Shown: piece after piece, positions 8,818-16,945 of the stretch
Layout: each line of letters starts with the position of its first letter
How positions within the stretch are numbered: the stretch's first letter is position 1
Assembly (NCBI GenBank): GCA_005222975.1
Contig: NJBI01000060.1
Span: 1 to 18,776, forward strand
Reading direction: 5' to 3'
Length of the DNA: 18,776 nt
Source: Promethearchaeota archaeon Loki_b31
GTDB taxonomy: Archaea > Asgardarchaeota > Lokiarchaeia > Sigyniarchaeales > SOKP01
Notes under the pieces: generated by a model
The model's input: only the letters and a program-made list of their open reading frames with translations
Told to the model about the DNA's origin: nothing
Database searches by the model: none
Program-made: the position numbers and the translations under genes

Positions 8818-9678
8818 ATGGAAACTCGCGTTTTTGGTAAAACCAAAGCTAAAATTACAATAATAGCGATGGGAGGATGCGGGCTCGGATATGTCGATCA
8901 AATTGAAGCCGACAAGGCCGTAAAGCTCGCAATGGATCATGGAATTAACATGATAGATGTCGCTCCAACCTATGGTAAGGCAGAAGTACGACTTAACCCT
9001 TGGATACGAAAATATAGGGACAAGTTTTTTCTAGCGGAAAAAACGTTGAAAAGAACAAAGAAGGGGGCTTGGAGACAGCTTAACCGATCGTTAGAACGTC
9101 TTAATACGACACACTTTGATTTGTACCAGTTTCACGCGGTCTCATCAATGGAGGACTTACATCAAATCCTTGGAAAAGATGGGGCCATGGAAGCCTTCAA
9201 AGAGGCTAAGGAAACAGGTTTAATAAAGCATATTGGTATTACAGCGCACGATGATGTAAGAATACTGCAGAAAGCACTTAAGTTATCCGATGATTTTGAC
9301 ACTGTTCTTCTACCCGTTTATGTTGCCTCGCTTGTAAATCCTAATCCCGTCAACGATTTTAAAAGGATTCTTCAAATTACTCGAGATAAAAACATTGGAG
9401 TTACAGCTATTAAAGCCATTTCTAAAAACAGATGGAAGGGTGATCCTACATATAAAACGTGGTACGAACCTCTTGATAAACAAGAATTGGTTAACCAAGC
9501 CGTGTGGTTTACATTGTCACAAGATGGAGTTACAACTTATTCCTTGCCCTGTGATGTGAAGCTATGGCCATTAGTGTTGAATGCCGTTAAGCGATATAAG
9601 AAACTTGATTCTGAAGAACTAGAAAAGATCCTTAATATGGCAAGAGAAAATGAGTTTCAACCGCTATTTCCAGAGTAA
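8818..9678 (+). CDS. Aldo/keto reductase family oxidoreductase
   Basis: 'GINMIDVAPTYGKAE' (catalytic D and Y), 'LAEKT' (K), 'SLERLNTTHFDLYQFH' (H) and 'GLIKHIGITAH'. Confidence 0.93.
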   Translation: METRVFGKTKAKITIIAMGGCGLGYVDQIEADKAVKLAMDHGINMIDVAPTYGKAEVRLNPWIRKYRDKFFLAEKTLKRTKKGAWRQLNRSLERLNTTHFDLYQFHAVSSMEDLHQILGKDGAMEAFKEAKETGLIKHIGITAHDDVRILQKALKLSDDFDTVLLPVYVASLVNPNPVNDFKRILQITRDKNIGVTAIKAISKNRWKGDPTYKTWYEPLDKQELVNQAVWFTLSQDGVTTYSLPCDVKLWPLVLNAVKRYKKLDSEELEKILNMARENEFQPLFPE

Positions 9679-9718
9679 TTAATTTGTTAAATAAAAATCA
9701 AAAAAATTGGGAAAAAAA

Positions 9719-10978
9719 TCATTTCTTCTTTCTTTGACGTAGAATTTCGATAAAACTCTCGATTTGATTAATCACTTGAGTCTCATTTAGCTTTCTTGGG
9801 TCGTTCATGTCGCTGGTTATTATTAAACTAGGGATATCTAATTCTTCCATTAAGCTACGCTTCAAATCGTATTGTCCACACGAATTTGGTCTACAAGACA
9901 TGTTATTATGTAAAAGAACGCCATCAATTTTCCATTCTTTTATTGTTTCTTTGAATTTTTTAACCCGAGTCTCGAGATCGTATATATACCAAAAACTTAA
10001 AACTAATTCAGCCATTGATTCTACTGGATGATTTAACACATCGTCTTTTGTAATATTTGGATTTGTATATTTACTAAATGCGTAAACGTAAGGTTCGTAA
10101 ACTATCATAGCGTTCCAGCGCTCCAGATTTGAAAAGAATTTTAGATTGTACCAAAAAGGGATACCCTCCCACATGAGTCTAAATTCTTCGTTTTCAAGCG
10201 CGCCTACACCTGCATCTACCCTTGCTTTTGCTTCTTTGTACATTCTCTTGTATAACTTAATCGGAGATTTAAGTCCAGGCATTGTGAATAATGGAAAAAG
10301 CCCACCAAAAGTATCTCTCGTTGATATTGGACTGGGAACATTTTTTCTTAGCTCAAACACATCTTGCCATATTTTTCCTAATTCATAGGAATTTGAGGCT
10401 ACCTCTCTCGCTTTTTCTTCGTTGTATTCGTGACCTGTTACTTCCGTAATAAAATCTAATAGCTCCCAAAGCTGTTCTTTGATATATTTTTTAAAATACT
10501 CGCGTTGGCGATTGCTCGTGTTGCTCACTACATGAGGTATATCTAGCGTGAAGTGAGGTACATTTAGTCTTTCTGCTTGTATTTGAAACCATCTAACGTG
10601 AGTATCACATATTACATCGCTTGACATCATAAAAGCTGGTTTTCTAGTTCCACCAACACTCATTTCAGCCTTGCTTGACACGGCACCAATGCTCGTTTTG
10701 AAATAAGAGCATAAGTCGTAGGAATATCCTTGATCTTCTGCGATTTCAATAAAATTTTTCGATTGTTTAAGGGCTGCCGATATTGTTGCTGAATTTTCAG
10801 GCATCATTGCCTGAACATCCATAGCGTATAAAAGTTCAACAGGAGTTCCTGCAGTTGCCCAAGCAGTTGGTTTTCCATCTCTATACGCTTGTTCAATTGC
10901 TAGAAAATGCCTTCCCATTTCATTTTTTAGCTTGTTGGTTGCGTTTAACATTATTCCGCTTTTCTTTTCTTTTGACAT
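9719..10978 (-). CDS. 2-hydroxyacyl-CoA dehydratase / benzoyl-CoA reductase family subunit (HgdA/HadB/BcrB-like)
   Basis: 'PEN', 'DLCSY', 'ICDTHVRWF' and 'SCRP...GQ' carry three Cys Fe-S ligands; 'D..DPR...Q...IESFIE' C-terminus. ATG 10978 follows GGAGG, so it is preferred to the track start at 11011. Confidence 0.88.
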   Translation of the reverse strand: MSKEKKSGIMLNATNKLKNEMGRHFLAIEQAYRDGKPTAWATAGTPVELLYAMDVQAMMPENSATISAALKQSKNFIEIAEDQGYSYDLCSYFKTSIGAVSSKAEMSVGGTRKPAFMMSSDVICDTHVRWFQIQAERLNVPHFTLDIPHVVSNTSNRQREYFKKYIKEQLWELLDFITEVTGHEYNEEKAREVASNSYELGKIWQDVFELRKNVPSPISTRDTFGGLFPLFTMPGLKSPIKLYKRMYKEAKARVDAGVGALENEEFRLMWEGIPFWYNLKFFSNLERWNAMIVYEPYVYAFSKYTNPNITKDDVLNHPVESMAELVLSFWYIYDLETRVKKFKETIKEWKIDGVLLHNNMSCRPNSCGQYDLKRSLMEELDIPSLIITSDMNDPRKLNETQVINQIESFIEILRQRKKK

Positions 10979-10994
10979 TTTTTCAATCCCTCCT

Positions 10995-12032
10995 TTAAAT
11001 AATCTCTCCAAACGCTTCGAATCTTGTTGCTAACTGCTTATAAGACTCTCTATTATATTCTGTTTCAATAAAAAGATACGGTATAGCTAATTCTTTAAAT
11101 TTTTTGCTTAAATAAGGATGGTCGTATAAAACTGGTTCGCAAAACTTATGAGCAATGTTTATAATTCCATCCACCTTATAGTTTTCTGCCAATCTTTTAA
11201 TGACATCAAATCTCTCGTAAGATGGAAACTTAGTCGAATGAATCGGTTTGTTTAAATGATATTCGGCTAAGGCTTCGATGGGCTCCTTATTTTCGTCAAC
11301 TTTATTCCAAAAATATTTTGTACCTATACCTAAATCGTCGATAACTATTTGAAAGCCAAGAGTTTCGATATACTCAATGAATTCCGTATCGTCTAAATCT
11401 GAACCTGTTAACAGAATTTTTTTATATGCTTTATCTATTGTGGGTTTTTTGGTTTTTAGTTCTTCCAATTTAGCTTCAAGTAGTTTTACTGCCTCGTTCT
11501 TATCTGTTTGTTGGACTTCTTTGACGAGTGCGTGAAATTCTGATCCTTTCAATACCATTTTACTTCGAAATTCGGAAATCTCCATTAACAAGGATCTAAT
11601 TTTATTCATCAATTTAATTGCTTCTTTGATTTTCTCAGAAGGCACTTTAACGCTAAAACTATCTTCTAATTGAGCTATTAATTCTTTCATATCGTCTATA
11701 AAAAATTTTAAAGCTAGTTTGTTGCGTTTGAAGGGAGAATTCAAAAAAAACATGAAATCAAGGTTAATACACTTTAACCAAATATCAAATTCCCGATTGG
11801 TTCGATCGCAACCATGAGTTGCAATTATCCCTACAATGTCTTTATCAAGGCCTTTTATTGCTTGTTCTAGGAGGTTTCGAGTCCAAACGCAATGAGTTGG
11901 AGGGATATGCTCGTTGGCTTTATCTGGTTCGATAGTTGGATCGCCAAAAAGCCTATGAGAGACAAATCCAGCGGCAAGAATTATTTCTTCTGGGGTTTCA
12001 ACACCACTATCAAAAATCCCAATTTTTTTCAT
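10995..12032 (-). CDS. 2-hydroxyacyl-CoA dehydratase / benzoyl-CoA reductase family subunit (HgdB/HadC/BcrC-like)
   Basis: 'PEEIILAAG', 'HCVWTR', 'GCD', 'KFCEP' and 'TRFEAFGE'. The start is either ATG 12032 (MKKIG) or ATG 12047. Confidence 0.88.
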   Translation of the reverse strand: MKKIGIFDSGVETPEEIILAAGFVSHRLFGDPTIEPDKANEHIPPTHCVWTRNLLEQAIKGLDKDIVGIIATHGCDRTNREFDIWLKCINLDFMFFLNSPFKRNKLALKFFIDDMKELIAQLEDSFSVKVPSEKIKEAIKLMNKIRSLLMEISEFRSKMVLKGSEFHALVKEVQQTDKNEAVKLLEAKLEELKTKKPTIDKAYKKILLTGSDLDDTEFIEYIETLGFQIVIDDLGIGTKYFWNKVDENKEPIEALAEYHLNKPIHSTKFPSYERFDVIKRLAENYKVDGIINIAHKFCEPVLYDHPYLSKKFKELAIPYLFIETEYNRESYKQLATRFEAFGEII

Positions 12033-12125
12033 AGTTTGCTTCCACATGAAATTGATTACAGATCAAAATAGTATTGCGAAATTAAATCTTTTAGAATAAA
12101 AAAATATTTATATTTTAACTACATT

Positions 12126-12143
12126 TTATAGAATATTCTATAA
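12126..12143. promoter_or_regulatory. Perfect 18-bp palindrome TTATAGAATATTCTATAA just downstream of a TATA-like box upstream of lsm
   Basis: The sequence is exactly self-complementary. TTTATA at 12107-12112 would place the lsm transcription start within the palindrome. The region is also divergent to the dehydratase operon. Confidence 0.45.
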
Positions 12144-12163
12144 GCAATTACAGAGTTTTTCAA

Positions 12164-12505
12164 ATGTCGCAACAAACAATCTCAAGAACTTTAAGTAAAG
12201 CAATTTTAAAGCCAAAAGTTAGAATCAAATTAAAGATTTGGAACACTTACTTGACCGGAAAGCTCGTAAAGTTCGACAATTACATGAATTTGATCGTAGA
12301 GGACGCCAAAGAAATATATTTTGGCAGGGGTGGAAAAAGAAGCAAGAGTCTTGGGACCGTTATGATTAGAGGGGCTTCTATCATTTTCATTGGGCAGGAT
12401 AGAAAGAAATTGATTTTTTCTGATAATGATACTGAATCTAAGGATGCGGTTGAGGAAGATTTACACGATAAATTGATGCATAGAAAGGAAGCAGAAGATA
12501 GCTAA
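12164..12505 (+). CDS. Sm/Lsm-family RNA-binding protein (SmAP1-like) with charged C-terminal extension
   Basis: Sm1 'GKLVKFDNYMNLIVEDAKE' and Sm2 'LGTVMIRGASIIFI'. Lies directly upstream of rpl37e, the conserved archaeal arrangement. Confidence 0.92.
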   Translation: MSQQTISRTLSKAILKPKVRIKLKIWNTYLTGKLVKFDNYMNLIVEDAKEIYFGRGGKRSKSLGTVMIRGASIIFIGQDRKKLIFSDNDTESKDAVEEDLHDKLMHRKEAEDS

Positions 12506-12525
12506 AAAGAGAAGAGGTTGAAATA

Positions 12526-12726
12526 ATGGGTAAAGGAACTCCGAGTAAGGGTAAAAAAAATAAAGCAGCAAGTCATAAAACGTGTAGAAGATGCGGAAAA
12601 CATAGTTACCACAGAAGAAAAAGGTTTTGTGCTTCTTGCGGATTTGGAAGAACAGCTAAGTTGAGACAACCAGCCTGGAGAAACAGACATAAAGCTTTTA
12701 ACAAAAATAAAGGCTTCTACGCTTAA
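12526..12726 (+). CDS. rpl37e: 50S ribosomal protein L37e (eL37)
   Basis: 'MGKGTPS.GK', Zn finger 'CRRCG...YH...CASCGFG' and SD-like GAGGT upstream. Confidence 0.97.
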   Translation: MGKGTPSKGKKNKAASHKTCRRCGKHSYHRRKRFCASCGFGRTAKLRQPAWRNRHKAFNKNKGFYA

Positions 12727-12790
12727 ATTACCTTTTAGTTTTGTGCGTTAATCTCCTTTTTTTAAGAACTTGTAGTTAGTTTTTAAAATT

Positions 12791-14262
12791 TTATTTTGTT
12801 ATAAAGAATTCTTGGATTAAGCTACCGTTATCTCTTATTGCCTTAATGTGTAAATTATTTCCGTTTAATTCAAAATGCATAAAATGATGAGTTAATTCTC
12901 CATAAATCTGATAATTGCGAGTAATATAATCGTTTTGATAAGCTTCAATGGACGCATTATGCCACATGTTTTTCCAGGGATCTCGATCTCGATACATAAT
13001 AAATTCGTCGAGGTCTCCTCCACCGCCACCAGTTACAAAAAAGTATGTGCCTCCCCAGCTTTCAGTGCGATTAGTCCAAAAAGCTTCGTAATATGGTCGT
13101 GCCCCGATAATACTACATCTACTTGATTTTCGTAAAAAATTGGGGCTAATTGGGAAGCTAACTTTTGATGCATGTTAAAATCCCCAGTACTATAAGGTGG
13201 TGCGTGAAGAACAACAAAAAGCCATTTGTCTTTATTTAGCGCTAAATCTTGCCTGAGCCACGCTTCTTGAGCTTCTAATAGAAAACCACCCCAATCTAGT
13301 TGATTTTGAAAAACATCAATCATGACAAAATGAGCGTTCGAATAGTCAAAACTGTAGTAATGACCCCAATCCTCAACATAGTTATATGGAAAAAAATATT
13401 TGAAATTCCGAGCAAATATATCAACACCGTATTCATGGTTTCCAATAGCAACCATATATGGGCTAGTGGAAGCGTGTCTTTCCATGTGATTAAAGAATAT
13501 GTGCCATCCGTCTAATTCTTCCCCCACGAAAGGACCAAGATCCCCAGCATGTATAATAAAATCGTATTGATACGGCGTCATTGCATCGATAACAGCCCCG
13601 TATTCGCTTGGGTCTAGACCCGCATGCGTGTCGCTTATTGCAGTAAAATTAAAAGGAGTGCTAGCCGAAGGAGCGGTGGTAAAATTGTAAATAATTGTTG
13701 AAAAATCGGGTATTTTATAATGGTATAATGTTCCAGCTTTTAAATTCCTAAGTTTTACTATATGTCTTTTTTCTAAGGCGGATATTCGAAATCTTTCCAT
13801 ATCTCCAATAGATTCGCCAAAATCTAATACTGATTCGGTAGGATTTTTTGTATGCCAGATAATTGTCATCGTTGTTTTTGGATCGTCGTTCCACAACAAG
13901 TAAGGTCCATCGTTATAATTGTAAAATTGTGCATTTGGAAATAAGTACAAAACGAATGCTAATATAGAAAGAGACCAAACGATGAATGCTATAAAGAAAG
14001 AAGCTATAAGATATTTCTTCGAAATTGTAAGCCTCTCTTGTATTTTAAAATTCCTTGCTAATTTAACGGTAGATTTAATAAAGAAATATAGCGGAATTAT
14101 TATTAGAAAAAGAATTGGTATAAAAGTTAATAAAAACATTAAGGGATCCCATATGATGTGGCTTTTTATCAACCAGAAGATTAATGTCCCCCAAATTATC
14201 AATAAAATGGAATTTAGTAGATAAAATACAAACCAAATTACATTTTTTTTCTTTAAATCCAC
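12791..14262 (-). pseudogene. Membrane-anchored purple-acid-phosphatase-like metallophosphoesterase, interrupted by a 1-nt frameshift near 13092
   Basis: Three N-terminal hydrophobic helices and an FN3-like PAP N-domain ('TMTIIWHT...HIVKLRNLKAGTLYHY'), then the calcineurin-like motifs DTH, GD, GNHE, H and GHDH. After GHDH the homologous-looking sequence continues in another frame as 'YEAFWTNRTESWGGTYFFVTGGGGG...MYRDRDPW', which is the frame of the 12791-12997 ORF. The span is 1472 nt, one short of a 490-aa gene. Confidence 0.85.
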
Positions 14263-14428
14263 GTTTAAAATTACATCTAGGTTATGATTTTTATTAACTT
14301 GAATATATATTCAGTCTTTTAGTTATTAATAGTTATCATTTAAAATAAAGAGAGTGCGTAAATTAATAAATTTAAAAAGAATAATTAAAAATAAAGAGAA
14401 TTAAAAAATAAACAATCTCAATAAAAAG

Positions 14429-14800
14429 ATGGAATCGTTAAAAACTGAAAACATCAATAAGGAACTGGATAAATTGAAATTAGTAAATGGAATAATCGGT
14501 ACTGCTATAGTAAATAGAAACGGTTTAACAATTATCTCCAGGTTGCCTAGATATGTTGAAGAGCGTAAATTTGGTGCGATGGCCGCAACCATGTTTGGAG
14601 CCATGGAAACAGCGATAACTACGCTACAAGATAAAGTCGTTAATTTGACGGTAGAATTTAACGATTATCAATTAATTGTTTTTATAATTAGCACTGAAAT
14701 AATTTTTGCAGCAGTGCTTGAACTTGACATTGACTTAGGATTACTACTTATTGAAGTTGAGGAATGTGTCAAAATTGTTAAAAATATATTAGAGGTGTGA
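14429..14800 (+). CDS. Roadblock/LC7 (MglB-like) domain protein
   Basis: 'LKLVNGIIGTAIVNRNGLTIISRLP...FGAMAATMFGAMET...LTVEF...DLGLL' fits the roadblock alpha-beta-beta-alpha-beta-beta-beta-alpha pattern. Confidence 0.9.
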   Translation: MESLKTENINKELDKLKLVNGIIGTAIVNRNGLTIISRLPRYVEERKFGAMAATMFGAMETAITTLQDKVVNLTVEFNDYQLIVFIISTEIIFAAVLELDIDLGLLLIEVEECVKIVKNILEV

Positions 14801-15540
14801 AAAAAATCCTTACTGAAAGTCAAAAAAAGAGATATTCAAGGCAGATATTATCCCCTTCTATTGGAGAAGTTGGACAAGAAAAATTGTCGAAAGTTAGAGT
14901 ATTACAAATTGGTGCGGGAGGTTTAGGTTCTCCTTTTGCTCTTTATATTGTTGCTGCTGGAATAAAAGAATTGACTATCATTGACAACGACACTTTATCA
15001 ATTTCCAATCTTCAACGACAAATACTTTACAACGAAGCTCAAGTTGGAAAGGGGAAAGCGCATGCTGCAAAAGAGAGGTTATCTAATCTTAATTCTGAAG
15101 TAGAAATAAAAGTATTTAAAGATTATTTAGATGAAAATTCTATTAAAAAGTATGTTAAAGACAAAGATTTTATCGTTGATTGTAGCGATAATTTTAAAAC
15201 TAAATTTTTGGTCAACAAAGTTGCAATAGAATATAATATTAAAGCCATAATTGCCGGAATTAAAGATTTTTTCGGGCAAATAATTACAATAGACCCTAAA
15301 AAAACTGCTTGTTATGAATGCGTTTTCAATCAACCGGATACTCTTGATTCTTCAGAAGGTCCTTTACCAGTAATTGGCGTTACTCCAGGCATTCTAGGCA
15401 CTTTAGAGGCTTTGGAGGTAATTAAAACTACTTTAGGGCTACCTAATTTAGAAAATAAGCTTCTTATAGTTAATCTTTTAGATTTAATGTTTAATACAAT
15501 AGATATCGTCAAAAGCGAAAATTGCATGTGCTCAAAATAG
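14797..15540 (+). CDS. ThiF/MoeB/HesA family adenylyltransferase (E1-like ubiquitin-like-protein activating enzyme)
   Basis: 'RYSRQI', 'GAGGLGS', 'SNLQRQILY', 'GKGKA', 'DCSDN', 'CYEC' and terminal 'CMC'. The GTG start overlaps the roadblock TGA (GTGA). Confidence 0.93.
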   Translation: MKKILTESQKKRYSRQILSPSIGEVGQEKLSKVRVLQIGAGGLGSPFALYIVAAGIKELTIIDNDTLSISNLQRQILYNEAQVGKGKAHAAKERLSNLNSEVEIKVFKDYLDENSIKKYVKDKDFIVDCSDNFKTKFLVNKVAIEYNIKAIIAGIKDFFGQIITIDPKKTACYECVFNQPDTLDSSEGPLPVIGVTPGILGTLEALEVIKTTLGLPNLENKLLIVNLLDLMFNTIDIVKSENCMCSK

Positions 15541-15592
15541 GTTAAAAAAAAGAAAAAGAGAAAAAAAATAAATTTTAAATTTTAATACGGGT

Positions 15593-16114
15593 CTAAAGAC
15601 CTTCTTTAGTGATTATGTAGGCTACACAACCATAGAACAAACTATTAGCAATTCCGGCTATAAAAACAACCAAAATCGTACCTAATTCGCCGTAAGACGC
15701 TACTTTATCAAACCAATCAAGCGATAAAACGGTAGAGACCGATTGACCTATTCCTAAAAGTAAAGCATATACTACACAAGTTATTAAGGCAGTTAAGAGC
15801 CAGGCTCCAAAAACGGTTTTGTTTGTATCTCCTAAGAATGAAGCGACGATTACTGTAACTAATGGAGGGACTATTAAACCTAAAAATAGCATAAAATCAG
15901 TGAAAAAGTCAGTAGAAGTTAATAATGGTACGATCCCTTCGGTGGACCAGGCAGCTCCGGGGAAGGTAAAAATTGGCGCGAAAATCATTGTTATAATTAG
16001 CATAGTGTCAGTTGTAGGGAAATTCTCGACTGTAAACACCGCAATTAGCGTAAAGACTGTATTCAATCCAAAATATATTACTAGAGAAATTATAAAAGTT
16101 TTTATAAAATTCAT
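15593..16114 (-). CDS. Hypothetical integral membrane protein (about 4-5 TM segments)
   Basis: 173 aa dominated by hydrophobic stretches separated by short polar loops; no family recognised. Confidence 0.8.
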   Translation of the reverse strand: MNFIKTFIISLVIYFGLNTVFTLIAVFTVENFPTTDTMLIITMIFAPIFTFPGAAWSTEGIVPLLTSTDFFTDFMLFLGLIVPPLVTVIVASFLGDTNKTVFGAWLLTALITCVVYALLLGIGQSVSTVLSLDWFDKVASYGELGTILVVFIAGIANSLFYGCVAYIITKEGL

Positions 16115-16318
16115 TTAAATCAAGCTCATTTTTTTTTTTAAGATTAAAGATTCCTATATTAAATCTTAGTTCTTTTAAGTATATAAATATTTTAGAGCTA
16201 GTCTATTTTTAATTAGAAAAAATATTAAAATAATGTAATATCAAGGTAGGACTAGACACCAAAAGAAATATGATTTAAAGGAATTAAGTAAAAAGAAAAA
16301 GTTTTAGAGTTTAAATTG

Positions 16319-16852
16319 TTAAGAATTCTTTTTAAAAAATTCTTTAAACAATTTACCATTGTCGGCATAGATGCCAGCAGTTTTTACCCCTTCCATTTTA
16401 CCAGTTTGGGGTAGCTGTTTCTTAATTTTGGCGGGAACTCCAACGGCTAAAGTTCTCTGGGGAATTTCCTTTCCAACTAAAACAGCTCCCGCGCCTACGA
16501 TCGAGCCGTCCCCCATTTTAGATCGATGTAATACATTAGCGCCTATTCCAACCAAACAACCGTTCCCAATTGTGCAAGGTCCATGCACCATAGCGTGATG
16601 ACCAACTATACAATTATCGCCGATTTCTACAGTGGATCCTACTTCGTTGTGAATAGTAACATTTTCTTGAATACTTGTATTTTTTCCAATGATAATTGTA
16701 CCCCAATCTCCGCGGAGGACTGCTCCAAACCAGATGTTACTCCCTTCACCAATCGTAACATTCCCAATAATGACTGCAGTTGGTGCTATGAATACTGATT
16801 CGTGAATTTGGGGTACTTTTCCCGTTCTAGGGCTTGGTATAATTAATGGCAT
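16319..16852 (-). CDS. Gamma-class carbonic anhydrase-like protein (YrdA/PaaY/CaiE family, left-handed beta-helix)
   Basis: 'FIAPTAVIIGNVTIG', 'IWFGAVLRGD', 'IQENVTIH' and 'VGHHAMVHG' supply three His metal ligands within hexapeptide repeats. Confidence 0.93.
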   Translation of the reverse strand: MPLIIPSPRTGKVPQIHESVFIAPTAVIIGNVTIGEGSNIWFGAVLRGDWGTIIIGKNTSIQENVTIHNEVGSTVEIGDNCIVGHHAMVHGPCTIGNGCLVGIGANVLHRSKMGDGSIVGAGAVLVGKEIPQRTLAVGVPAKIKKQLPQTGKMEGVKTAGIYADNGKLFKEFFKKNS

Positions 16853-16945
16853 TATCTCTTCACAATTATATTGCTTTTTGAAAATGTAGAATTAAAGCAA
16901 TAATAATAAGCTTATTGTAATTAAAAATAAATAGATAAAAAAAGA

